IMG/VR virus record: IMGVR_UViG_3300048571_000088
Coordinates: 62,001 to 126,000 of that record
Direction: 5' to 3' (one strand)
DNA: 64,000 nucleotides
Shown here piece by piece: positions 55,254 through 64,000 of this stretch. Each line of letters opens with the position of its first letter. Positions within the stretch are counted from its first letter, which is position 1. Below the pieces are notes generated by a model, which had not been told where the DNA came from, ran no database searches, and was given only the letters and a program-made list of their open reading frames with translations. The translations under genes were made by a program, and so were the position numbers.

Positions 55254-58200
55254 ATGATTACAATTACAACAATAAATAAATCCTATTATTTTATTAATAA
55301 TACTGTGATACAACCTGATTCATCTTTACAAGTAGATGAATCAGTTCTTTCTTACAGAAAATTAAGAGATCTTAAAAAAGCGGAAGAAAGTAAAAGAATC
55401 TCTTTATCTGCTGGAGATAAGATTCTAGTAGAGAACGGAATAGCTAGCAAAGATAATAATTTAAGTCCTTCAGAATTTAAGACTGTATTTGGCGAATCTA
55501 TAGTCGGATCAGGAAATATTGAAGGCGGCACTGTATCTGAAGAAGATACAAGTCTTTCAGATCTTGGCTCGTCTGTTCATATTTCCGGTGGAAATATCAC
55601 ACCTACAGGTGGAGTAAGTTTTACAGTAAGTTCTGGAGTAGGCTATGCAAGAGACTCAACAGATAAGTTAATTAAGATTATTTGGGATGATTTATCAGGC
55701 AGTGCGCTATATAGTGAAGATAACTATATCTCTATAGATTACACTGGAAGTTTAGTACTCAACAACTCTGCAGCTACTAGCACAGGCGTACCGATAGGTT
55801 ACATATATACAGGAAGCTCTAATACTATTATTCTTGGTTACGCTAACTCTAGGCTTACCGGTAAGAATAGTCTTGCACGTATTGCTGATCTATTTAGAGG
55901 TACTCTAGGCTCTCTAGTAGAAAGCGGATGTTCTACCGCTATGAAACCATCTCCTGACGGATTAGAGTTAATTATTTCAGAAGGTAAGGTATGGAGTTTA
56001 CTAAATAAGTATAATCTCCCAGAGAAATCTACATTTTATAAACTGTACAAGAATAGTGTAAGCTTTGCATTTGACGACTCAGTACCTAATAAGGTAAATA
56101 ACACTCAATGGAATAACACTTCACTCTCAGGTTCTTCAGCTCTAGTAACAATGACTTCTGGTTACTACAAGAAAGATATGATAGCTATTACTCCTACAGG
56201 TACTGCTTACTATTTATTTGGTACTACTGAAGTCGCTACTCTAGAAGAAGCAAGAGAGATTCCTTTACCTTTAGTTCCAGAGAACATTAAGACTTCTGTT
56301 ATTAGAAGCGCTGCTTTGATTATTCAAAAAGATGCTTTAGAAGTCTCAACAGTACTTGACATAAGACCTGTATTTCAAAGAATATTTGAAACGGGGGCTG
56401 CCGCTAGTAATGCCACTGTAATTAGCCACAATGACCTAGTAGATTTGTCGGACGATACCCATCAACAATACTTAAACGAAACAAGAGCGGACATACGTTT
56501 CTACAAGAAAGCTGACATTGATAATTTACTACTGTTGAAATCTAATAGTGATCATACACATCCACTAGTTACTACTAGTGCAGACGGATTACTCAGTTCT
56601 TCAGATAAAGTTAAACTTAATTCCGTACAAAACAATGCAACTCAGAACTCAACAGATGCTCATTTGCTGAGCCGTACTAACCACACAGGTACCCAAACTG
56701 TAAGTACAATTAGTGATTTTACATCTTCTGTTGTAAGCCAAATAAGTAACAGAATACAAGATCAGATCCAAGACGGGAACACTCTAAACGCTCCGTCACA
56801 AAATGCTGTATTTGATGCTTTAGCAACCAAAGCAGGAACTACTCATACACATTCTATTGCAGACACTCCAGGACTTCAATCTACACTTGACGGAAAAGCA
56901 CCTACAAGTCATTTGCACACTGCTTCTCAAGTCAGTGATTTTTCAGCAGCAGCAAGAACTGCCGTAGTTGTAGATAGTGTAGTAGATGGAGTGACAGATA
57001 GGTCTCCATCTCAGAATGCAGTCTTTGACGCACTCACTACAAAAGCTGAAACTATTCATTCTCATACTAGTGCAAGCATTACAGACTTTACATCATCAGT
57101 TGACAGTAGAATTACAACTAAAATTGCTTCAACTGTGCTTGACGATTTATCAGATGTTAATACAACAGGCAAGGCAAATGGACAAGTTCTGACTTACTCT
57201 TCTGCTAGTGGTTTGTTTACTCCTGTAACACCTGCAACTCACGGCGATATGTATAAAACTACATACGATACAAACAATACAGGTGTCGTAGACGACAGTG
57301 AGAAACTAGGTAATAATTTACCTACTTACTTTACTAACAGAAGTAATCATACTGGTACTCAAGATGTAAGTACAATTACAGGACTATCTAAAACAACTAT
57401 AGGTCTTGGTAACGTCGATAATACATCTGATGTTTCTAAGCCGATCTCGACAGCTACTCAAACAGCACTAAACACTAAAGAGAATACGCTGCCTGTAGGT
57501 AGTAGTACAGACTACTTGGCCGGTGATAAAACACTAAAGCAACTAGTAACAAACAATGTTACTGAAAGTACTGATAAGAGATATTTAACTGATGCTCAAA
57601 AAGCAGTTGTAGTAGGAATTTCTGGTACTAATACAGGAGACGAAACAACCTCAAGCATTAAGACTAAGCTTGGTGTCGCTAGTACTACAGTAGATGGTTA
57701 CTTAAGTTCTTCAGCTTATAATACTTTTAATAGTAAAGAGCCAGCCTTACCGACAGGTACAGGAACTCAATATATTAAAGGAGATAAAACATTAGGTACA
57801 CTAGATAAAGCAGCAGTAGGGCTTGAAAACGTAGCTAACACTGATACTTCTAATGCGGCAAACATTACAACTGGTTTATTACCTATTGAAAGACTAAGTA
57901 CAAATCTACAAGAATTGAATGTGTACACTCCTCTTCCAGGCAGTTTTCCATATTTTGACGGGTCTAACTATGTAGCGAAATCATTTATTAGTCCTTACGA
58001 GACTATCGGTTTAGTTCATAATGGAGGAAATCTAGAGTTAGATGTTCGACGCCCTATGCACCCTACAAGCCCGTACTTTAGTTTTCTAGAGAATTTTGTT
58101 GGTGTCACTAGCACAGCAGTATCACCATACCTTAACAGAACAGTTACAGGCGGGGCTACAAGCGCCGTGTTACCTAACTTAGGTGATTTCAGGCACGGAG

Positions 58201-58745
58201 TTGTCAGTTTAAATACAGGTACTACTACAACAGGTAGTGCAACTCTAAGTACAGTATTGATGCAAGTGTTAAATTTCGCTAACGTACCTGTTGGTGGGTA
58301 TTGTGAGGTTGGTTGCTCATTCCTTCTGCCTATTGTATACGATGCTACTAACGCTTACAGCCTATACTTAGGATTTGGCGATCAAACACTGGCCTTACCC
58401 ACCGATGGCGCTTATTTCTGCTACACAGGTGGCGCTGTAACTGCAAGAGTAGTAAACAACAGTACTGTAACTTCTACTACTTTCCCTGGCCTTGCAAATT
58501 TAGTTGCAAATACTCAGTATAATTTAAGAATAAAAGTTACACGAATAACATCCACAACATACTCTGCTGTGTTTACTATTAACGGAGGATTTTCAACAAC
58601 AGTCACTACTGGCTTTCCTGTAGTCTTAGGCAGAGAGACTGCTTTACAGTTTACTATTCTCAAAGCAGCAGGAACGGTAGCAAGAACAATAGAGATGGAT
58701 TGGGTATACTATGAACACTACTACCCAAGAACTGTATTATATTAA
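55254..58745 (+). CDS. long tail fibre protein
   Basis: HTH/NHTGTQ and VDNTSD..KPISTATQTAL repeats; lectin-like beta-rich C-terminus. Confidence 0.85.
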   Translation: MITITTINKSYYFINNTVIQPDSSLQVDESVLSYRKLRDLKKAEESKRISLSAGDKILVENGIASKDNNLSPSEFKTVFGESIVGSGNIEGGTVSEEDTSLSDLGSSVHISGGNITPTGGVSFTVSSGVGYARDSTDKLIKIIWDDLSGSALYSEDNYISIDYTGSLVLNNSAATSTGVPIGYIYTGSSNTIILGYANSRLTGKNSLARIADLFRGTLGSLVESGCSTAMKPSPDGLELIISEGKVWSLLNKYNLPEKSTFYKLYKNSVSFAFDDSVPNKVNNTQWNNTSLSGSSALVTMTSGYYKKDMIAITPTGTAYYLFGTTEVATLEEAREIPLPLVPENIKTSVIRSAALIIQKDALEVSTVLDIRPVFQRIFETGAAASNATVISHNDLVDLSDDTHQQYLNETRADIRFYKKADIDNLLLLKSNSDHTHPLVTTSADGLLSSSDKVKLNSVQNNATQNSTDAHLLSRTNHTGTQTVSTISDFTSSVVSQISNRIQDQIQDGNTLNAPSQNAVFDALATKAGTTHTHSIADTPGLQSTLDGKAPTSHLHTASQVSDFSAAARTAVVVDSVVDGVTDRSPSQNAVFDALTTKAETIHSHTSASITDFTSSVDSRITTKIASTVLDDLSDVNTTGKANGQVLTYSSASGLFTPVTPATHGDMYKTTYDTNNTGVVDDSEKLGNNLPTYFTNRSNHTGTQDVSTITGLSKTTIGLGNVDNTSDVSKPISTATQTALNTKENTLPVGSSTDYLAGDKTLKQLVTNNVTESTDKRYLTDAQKAVVVGISGTNTGDETTSSIKTKLGVASTTVDGYLSSSAYNTFNSKEPALPTGTGTQYIKGDKTLGTLDKAAVGLENVANTDTSNAANITTGLLPIERLSTNLQELNVYTPLPGSFPYFDGSNYVAKSFISPYETIGLVHNGGNLELDVRRPMHPTSPYFSFLENFVGVTSTAVSPYLNRTVTGGATSAVLPNLGDFRHGVVSLNTGTTTTGSATLSTVLMQVLNFANVPVGGYCEVGCSFLLPIVYDATNAYSLYLGFGDQTLALPTDGAYFCYTGGAVTARVVNNSTVTSTTFPGLANLVANTQYNLRIKVTRITSTTYSAVFTINGGFSTTVTTGFPVVLGRETALQFTILKAAGTVARTIEMDWVYYEHYYPRTVLY

Positions 58746-58761
58746 TTAAGAGGATTCAAAA

Positions 58762-59601
58762 ATGGTATATGTTGACATTCTAACATACAAATACGTAGAC
58801 AATGCTGCCAATCTCCCAGAAGATTGGCCTGCTCAACTATCTTATGTCTATGACAATAAAGAACCGGTCGAAAAAGACTGGATACGACTAGAAGAAGTGG
58901 ATTACTTACTTTACATACAAGAAGAAGAGCGAATAGCAAGATACGAAGCTGCGCTTTTAAAATATGAAAACAGCAAGACACTTAAGATCACTGATATCAT
59001 AGATGATAATTTTAGTCACTTACCTCCAGACAAAATAGACTTTAGGCGCCATTTAAAAAATAATGTCTACTTGAACAAAACCATTACCATGTTAAAAAAT
59101 GGTCGACCAGATGTGTGTGAATACACTTACAACGGAGAAATATATGCTAAAGTTAGATTTGAGTTTTTGACTAATCATTTCAATCTAGTATATAATAAAA
59201 AGACATTGTTAGGATATCTAAATAAAAATGGAGAAATCCTGCATGAGTACTTATTGACTGCAGAAGACACAGATTTAGGAAGTCCTTACGGATTGCAGAA
59301 GGGAGTACAAGAGCGATTCCAAGCTCGATCTTATATCTTTGACGAGATTAAATCTTATGTGAATGCAGTGATTCTTCAGGTATACATGGGTAAAGGTCTC
59401 TCATACGAGGAGGTACTAGCTGATGGTGGTAATTTCTGGAAAGATTATTCCGCTGAGATTAGTTCTTGGTGTAATATTGGCGGTATGGCTGTTATCAGCG
59501 ATAAGCTACTCTCTGATACAAAATACTCATTTCTTAATTTACCGTCAGGAGTCAAGTCACTCACAATCAGAGAATGGATTCTCGACAGGATCACCTACTA
59601 A
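58762..59601 (+). CDS. hypothetical late (tail-associated) protein
   Basis: 279-aa ORF, GAGGA SD, directly after the tail fibre. Confidence 0.7.
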   Translation: MVYVDILTYKYVDNAANLPEDWPAQLSYVYDNKEPVEKDWIRLEEVDYLLYIQEEERIARYEAALLKYENSKTLKITDIIDDNFSHLPPDKIDFRRHLKNNVYLNKTITMLKNGRPDVCEYTYNGEIYAKVRFEFLTNHFNLVYNKKTLLGYLNKNGEILHEYLLTAEDTDLGSPYGLQKGVQERFQARSYIFDEIKSYVNAVILQVYMGKGLSYEEVLADGGNFWKDYSAEISSWCNIGGMAVISDKLLSDTKYSFLNLPSGVKSLTIREWILDRITY

Positions 59602-59602
59602 T

Positions 59603-59911
59603 ATGTCAACTGAAGAAAAATCCGTAAATGGTGTAGGGCCTTCTTGGTTCTCTCCGTCTCTTAGGAGAAAGTTAACCACTTTCTCCAAAGTGTTCTTTGA
59701 TGAGCAGTGCTGGGTTTCTCATGATATACAGTACACTACAGGTGGAACACAAAAAGATAAAGAAAGAATTGATAAAGAATTCCTTCGAGATATGATTGCT
59801 TCTGTCAACAAACGAAGCATCCACAAACGAATTGTTGGGTACCCATTAGCTACTTTTTATTATATTAATGTTGCTTTATTTGGACACCCTTCATTCAACT
59901 TTAATACTTAA
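59603..59911 (+). CDS. small protein with a phospholipase-A2-like C..HD..Y motif (true start 59603)
   Basis: QCWVSHDIQY...RIDKEF...YY..V..FG. Confidence 0.55.
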   Translation: MSTEEKSVNGVGPSWFSPSLRRKLTTFSKVFFDEQCWVSHDIQYTTGGTQKDKERIDKEFLRDMIASVNKRSIHKRIVGYPLATFYYINVALFGHPSFNFNT

Positions 59912-59931
59912 TAAATTAAAAGGTAATCAAA

Positions 59932-60465
59932 ATGATTTTAAATACAAAATATACATTCTTAACTAAAGAAAAAGGGCCAAAAGTAATTCTCAATGCTGTA
60001 CAATTATACGGTGTAAAAGAGATTGCAGGTAATTTACACAACCAGCAGATATTAGATTGGGCTAAGGAAATTAATGTCTCTAGGCTCTACACAAAAGATG
60101 AAATTCCTTGGTGTGGTCTGTTTGTAGGTGTCTGTGTTAAACGCTCAGGCTATCCCATAGTTGATAATCCTTTATGGGCTAGAAGCTGGGCTTCCTTTGG
60201 TAAAAAACAGGAAGTAGCTATGTTAGGTGATATACTTGTATTTAAAAGAGGAGTTGGAGGTCACGTAGGTTTTTATGTCGCTGAAGATAACTTGTGCTAT
60301 CACGTACTAGGCGGGAATCAAAACAATGAGGTAACAGTGATGCGAATAGAAAAGGATCGTTGTATTTCTATCAACAGGTGTGATTGGAAAATAGGCCAAC
60401 CTGATAACGTAAGACAAATTAAAGTTAAATACAATAACGGAGTTATCTCTAAAGATGAATCATGA
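59932..60465 (+). CDS. TIGR02594-family (NlpC/P60/CHAP-like) peptidoglycan peptidase
   Basis: EIPWCGLFV, ARSW, GGHVGF, LGGNQ. Confidence 0.9.
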   Translation: MILNTKYTFLTKEKGPKVILNAVQLYGVKEIAGNLHNQQILDWAKEINVSRLYTKDEIPWCGLFVGVCVKRSGYPIVDNPLWARSWASFGKKQEVAMLGDILVFKRGVGGHVGFYVAEDNLCYHVLGGNQNNEVTVMRIEKDRCISINRCDWKIGQPDNVRQIKVKYNNGVISKDES

Positions 60466-60901
60466 ACTAAGTACAATAGAGTTCATAAAATCCACTCGAG
60501 AGTATGTTACTACCCCCTTACCAAACGTAAGGGGTGATTTAGTTTTAGGCTGGCAGCATAAGTTATCACCTTCGGAAATAAATAGTGAATTGCTTACGTG
60601 GTCAAGTGAATACTCAGATTATGTACTTGTAAACGATTTGATAAAAATAGACAAAGCATTAAAGAAGTTAATAACTACAGATTTAACTCAAAGCAGATAT
60701 AATGCGATTGTATCTCTAGTCTATGATATAGGTATACTTAGATTTAAATTGTCAGGAATTGTAGAACTACTGAATAAAGTAGACCATCTAAGTGTAGAAT
60801 CACAATTTAAAAGATGGGGTGGATACTTAAAAAATAAAAATTATACGTTAGTGAAACTAAGAAAACTCGAAGCTGAACTGTACGTCAAAGGTAATAAATA
60901 A
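60455..60901 (+). CDS. GH24 lysozyme homolog with a degenerate catalytic motif
   Basis: LTQSRYNAIVSLVYDIG, FKRW, LVKLRKLEAELY; EG/D/T triad region reads STRE...NVRG..VLGWQH. Confidence 0.7.
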   Translation: MNHELSTIEFIKSTREYVTTPLPNVRGDLVLGWQHKLSPSEINSELLTWSSEYSDYVLVNDLIKIDKALKKLITTDLTQSRYNAIVSLVYDIGILRFKLSGIVELLNKVDHLSVESQFKRWGGYLKNKNYTLVKLRKLEAELYVKGNK

Positions 60902-62170
60902 ATGGACAAGAATACACAGATTCAAGATATATTTAAAAAAGCTGAATTACTAGCTGGTAAGAAAGTAGAAACAAAAGAAGAGACGTTACCAGACCCCAAG
61001 AAGATTCAGTTACCTAGTGAGTATGTAACTCTTTCAGGGATTATGTTAGATTCTAAAGATGTAATGACAAATACAAACTTCCTATCGAAGCTGACACTAA
61101 ACGATCAGAACTACAAAGACATGACGTTTACACCAGAACAAGCTAAAAAGATTCAAAGAGAACTTACTAAATCTACAGCAGGCGTTATAAGTGCAACACC
61201 ATTAACATGCTTAGGTCCTAATTGTACTTTTGCTTCTACTTGTATTGCAAAAGGTACTGAAGTCTTGACATACACTAGCAAAAATGGTGTTAAACATATT
61301 GAAGATTTAGTTGCTGGAGATATTATATATTCCTTTAACTCTAAAACTAAAGAAATAGAGCACGATCCAGTAGTCGCAGTAAAATTCATGGGTAGTAAAG
61401 AAGTATATAATGTCGTTACCACGACTGGCTTATCTTTACTTTGTACTATAGATCATCTAGTACTTACAGAGAGGAATGATGACCTTGTTTACCTAACTAT
61501 TCAAGACGGTTTACAAGTAGGGGATAAATTATTCTTGGCAGACACTGAAGACTACTTAGAGAATATTTATGAATCTTATGGAGATCTATTAGTAGACACT
61601 ATAGAATCAATACAAAAACAAGACGTAACTGATGTCTATGATATAGAAGTAAGAAAGAATCATAACTTCTTTGCTAATAACATATGTGTACATAATTGTG
61701 TATTTCAGCAAGAAGGTAAGGCACCAATCGGACAAGACTGTATCATTGAAACGAACCAAATTAAATATTGGATGGAAAGGTATATCCAAGAGTTTGAAGT
61801 TGATGGTTCTTCATTAACTGATCTGCACATGATTGCTAGATTATGTGAGTATGATGTCCTAGAGATGAGGGCTACTAAATATCTTAAACTTAATGATCAG
61901 AATTTACTTACGGATTTTATTTCATCTTTTGACGAGAATGGCAACCCAATAACAAATAAAGTTCTATCTCCTGCATTCGAACTAAAAGAAAGAGTAGACA
62001 GGATGCGTTCTAAGACATTAAAAGAATTAATGGCTACAAGAGAAGCTAAAGCTAAGATCCTTACTGCTAATGGAAAAACAAGTACACTCCACTTAAGCGA
62101 TCTAAAAGAACAATTAGATGCGATAATTAAAAACAAATCTAAAATAATTGATGTCACACCAGTAGAGTAA
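60902..62170 (+). CDS. intein-containing protein of unknown function (possibly terminase-small-subunit-like)
   Basis: 422-aa ORF; exteins rebuild a Cys cluster. Confidence 0.75.
   Translation: MDKNTQIQDIFKKAELLAGKKVETKEETLPDPKKIQLPSEYVTLSGIMLDSKDVMTNTNFLSKLTLNDQNYKDMTFTPEQAKKIQRELTKSTAGVISATPLTCLGPNCTFASTCIAKGTEVLTYTSKNGVKHIEDLVAGDIIYSFNSKTKEIEHDPVVAVKFMGSKEVYNVVTTTGLSLLCTIDHLVLTERNDDLVYLTIQDGLQVGDKLFLADTEDYLENIYESYGDLLVDTIESIQKQDVTDVYDIEVRKNHNFFANNICVHNCVFQQEGKAPIGQDCIIETNQIKYWMERYIQEFEVDGSSLTDLHMIARLCEYDVLEMRATKYLKLNDQNLLTDFISSFDENGNPITNKVLSPAFELKERVDRMRSKTLKELMATREAKAKILTANGKTSTLHLSDLKEQLDAIIKNKSKIIDVTPVE
61241..61696 (+). mobile_element. 152-aa mini-intein (Hint domain, no homing endonuclease)
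   Basis: N-terminal CIAKGT, block B T.DHLVLT, C-terminal VYDIEV..NHNFFAN...VHN followed by Cys. Confidence 0.9.
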
Positions 62171-62176
62171 CAAGAC

Positions 62177-62698
62177 ATGTTAAGAAAGCCTATCCAGTCT
62201 CAAGAAGAACGAATTCTTGTAAACTCACTAAAGAAGAAAAGCAAAAAAGTTAATGTTTATTTTAATAAGAAAACGAAAGGAAAATCTAAGTACTTGATCG
62301 GTGATTTCTATAGTAAGAAGAATGACGAGACTTTTAAATATCGTTCTTCTTATGAGTTGGCTTTCTTTCATCAACTCGAAGCGGATAGTAATGTCGTAAA
62401 CTATATGTACGAACCTTTTGAAGTCGCATATATTGACTTCCACAAACAAGAAAGAAACTATAGACCAGACTTACTAATTCTTAATGCAGATGGTAGTGTT
62501 ATCGTTGCTGAAATTAAACCTAGTGCTATGCTAGGAGATTTTGATGTGCAAGCTAAGGCAACTGCCGCCAGGAAATACATTCAAAACAATTATAAAGACT
62601 ACAGAATAGAATATAAATTTATTACAGAGAAGCACATATTTAGCAATAATACTGAATATGTTAAGTTCGTAGCAGAAACTAAAAACAGACAATTTTAA
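62177..62698 (+). CDS. TnsA-N / T4 gp4-like PD-(D/E)xK nuclease (head completion-like)
   Basis: YRSSYEL, YEPF.V.Y, YRPDLL, AEIKP. Confidence 0.8.
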   Translation: MLRKPIQSQEERILVNSLKKKSKKVNVYFNKKTKGKSKYLIGDFYSKKNDETFKYRSSYELAFFHQLEADSNVVNYMYEPFEVAYIDFHKQERNYRPDLLILNADGSVIVAEIKPSAMLGDFDVQAKATAARKYIQNNYKDYRIEYKFITEKHIFSNNTEYVKFVAETKNRQF

Positions 62699-62731
62699 TG
62701 TAACCACGCGCAAAAATAGGAGATATACTCT

Positions 62732-64000
62732 ATGATTGGAAAACCAAATATACATGCTACATGGGATAATATTTTCTCGATCATAGAGCATCATAAATCG
62801 ACTAGCAAAAATGATTTTCCTTTGTTATCGCCAGACCAAGAAATTGTACAGCCTAGTCTGAGTGCAGGATCAATAGCCACTGTAAGTCCGCTCAGTACAT
62901 CTTCAGTATCAATACCAAACATAAAGAAGAAAGTATCTTCTATCGCGGGCGCCACCATATTAGCAGCCTCTGGGTTACTAGGTTTTGCCTCTCATTCTAA
63001 TATAGGGTTACTTAGTGCTGCAAGAGAAGCACCTGTCGTACTTCCAGTAGTCACTAAAATAAGTGACACTGTAAAAACTGGAAAAATAACTACTCCGACT
63101 ACTAGTAAAGCTTCGATTGTGAATCTAAGTGCCACAGAAGCCACGAAGAATGCTCCTTCTGTTCGATACGAAAACAGACTTATAGGTACCCCAGAGCAAA
63201 TTAATAATCTAGGTGCAAAAGGGATTCTAGACCTCTTTCAGACGTCAGGTAACTACCAAAATAATCTAGGTATACACTTAATGAGTCCAAAAGGAATAGA
63301 TAGTCAAGTAATAAAAGACTTAGCTGACCAGACCTCACAACAAGTAAGATACTACGATGATGACCAATTGCAAGTTTGGTTTAACCCTCAAGGGGAAGGA
63401 GGTGTATTTAAGTACTCAGAGAAAGATAAAAAGAATCACAGGGTAAACAGTACTATATATACATCTGATAAGTACAAACCTTTGACGCAGCGACCTTTGA
63501 CTACAACAACACAAACGCCTTGGATGGAGCATGTGGAGAAACTAGTCAATCAAGTATCCGAGTCAGGAATGGCCTCACTTGAAGAAGGAACAAACAATAG
63601 TCTCGAGATTTCCGATATGCTGAAGACCGTACATCTTAAATCAGGAAATGAGTGGTGCGGCGCAACAATTGGGTACGGTTTTTCTAGAGCTGGGATAACT
63701 CCTCACAAATCAGGTGCTATTAGTTTAGCATGGAGAGGATTCGGAACAAAACTAGATCGTCCAGCCATCGGTGCAATTGCAACATACCCACATGGAAAAG
63801 GAAAAGGCCACGCTGGATTTGTAAAAGGCTTTGTAAAAGGATCTACAAGTAAGCTTGTACTTGTAGGTGGAAATCAACTTGACACAGTCAACTACATGGT
63901 AAAAGATATTGCAGACTTAAAATTCAATTACCCCTCAGGTTATAAACCAGAATACAATCTTCCGTCTTACTCGGTACCTAACGACACCAATACATTTATG
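62732..64000 (+). CDS. partial ORF (runs off the window) with a C-terminal TIGR02594-like peptidase domain; probable baseplate/tail hydrolase
   Basis: Manual translation is open for 423 codons; EWCGA, SLAWRGFG, GHAGFV, VGGNQ; AGGAG SD. Confidence 0.8.
   Translation, partial: MIGKPNIHATWDNIFSIIEHHKSTSKNDFPLLSPDQEIVQPSLSAGSIATVSPLSTSSVSIPNIKKKVSSIAGATILAASGLLGFASHSNIGLLSAAREAPVVLPVVTKISDTVKTGKITTPTTSKASIVNLSATEATKNAPSVRYENRLIGTPEQINNLGAKGILDLFQTSGNYQNNLGIHLMSPKGIDSQVIKDLADQTSQQVRYYDDDQLQVWFNPQGEGGVFKYSEKDKKNHRVNSTIYTSDKYKPLTQRPLTTTTQTPWMEHVEKLVNQVSESGMASLEEGTNNSLEISDMLKTVHLKSGNEWCGATIGYGFSRAGITPHKSGAISLAWRGFGTKLDRPAIGAIATYPHGKGKGHAGFVKGFVKGSTSKLVLVGGNQLDTVNYMVKDIADLKFNYPSGYKPEYNLPSYSVPNDTNTFM

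Noticed and set aside
62177-62698. Tn7-like transposon (TnsA)
   Set aside because: No TnsB/C/D or transposon ends; the late-gene context fits a phage gp4-like head-completion nuclease.
51311-62794. Minus-strand ORFs in the late region (e.g. 52869..53117, 58742..58981, 61153..61422, 61897..62178)
   Set aside because: Antisense shadows of tail, intein and nuclease genes.
1-64000. Alternative genetic code (TAG or TGA reassignment)
   Set aside because: TAG, TGA and TAA all end well-formed genes (for example TAG at 33426 and 52765), very long ORFs are intact in code 11, and the few internal stops involve all three codons.
1-64000. Integrated prophage / host DNA
   Set aside because: No integrase, repressor, att site or bacterial housekeeping genes in the window; gene lesions alone do not show lysogeny.

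Overview
This window looks like a 64-kb segment of a large lytic dsDNA tailed bacteriophage. The host is probably a Gram-negative gammaproteobacterium, inferred from the small-ORF families and the sigma70-type promoters. Positions 1-50.7 kb are almost all on the minus strand and carry early/middle genes. That arm holds dozens of small accessory ORFs and several paralog families. It also encodes two highly divergent, apparently single-chain two-barrel (beta+beta'-like, DxDGD) RNA polymerases: 46179-49613, and 13696-17184, which is split by an in-frame TAA. Further features are a candidate replication origin between two divergent helicase-like paralogs, SSB, AlkB, and a nucleotide-signal counter-defence set (Csx20-like putative ring nuclease, RelA/SpoT-type synthetase plus HD hydrolase, NADAR-like, two SLOG, MazG-like, Nudix). 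From about 36 to 50.7 kb the genes are individually spaced, visibly GC-richer, and preceded by recurring hairpin/leader motifs, resembling a pre-early/host-takeover region. A 27-bp tandem repeat and a CCCCCGGGGG palindrome at 50.78-50.96 kb mark the strand switch and are a candidate genome end. From 51 to 64 kb the plus strand carries late genes: tail fibres, two TIGR02594-type cell-wall peptidases, a degenerate lysozyme, an intein-containing protein and a TnsA/gp4-like nuclease. Several genes carry single-base lesions (nonsense or +1 frameshift), which may be real or assembly errors. All functional calls come from manual motif recognition; no searches were run.
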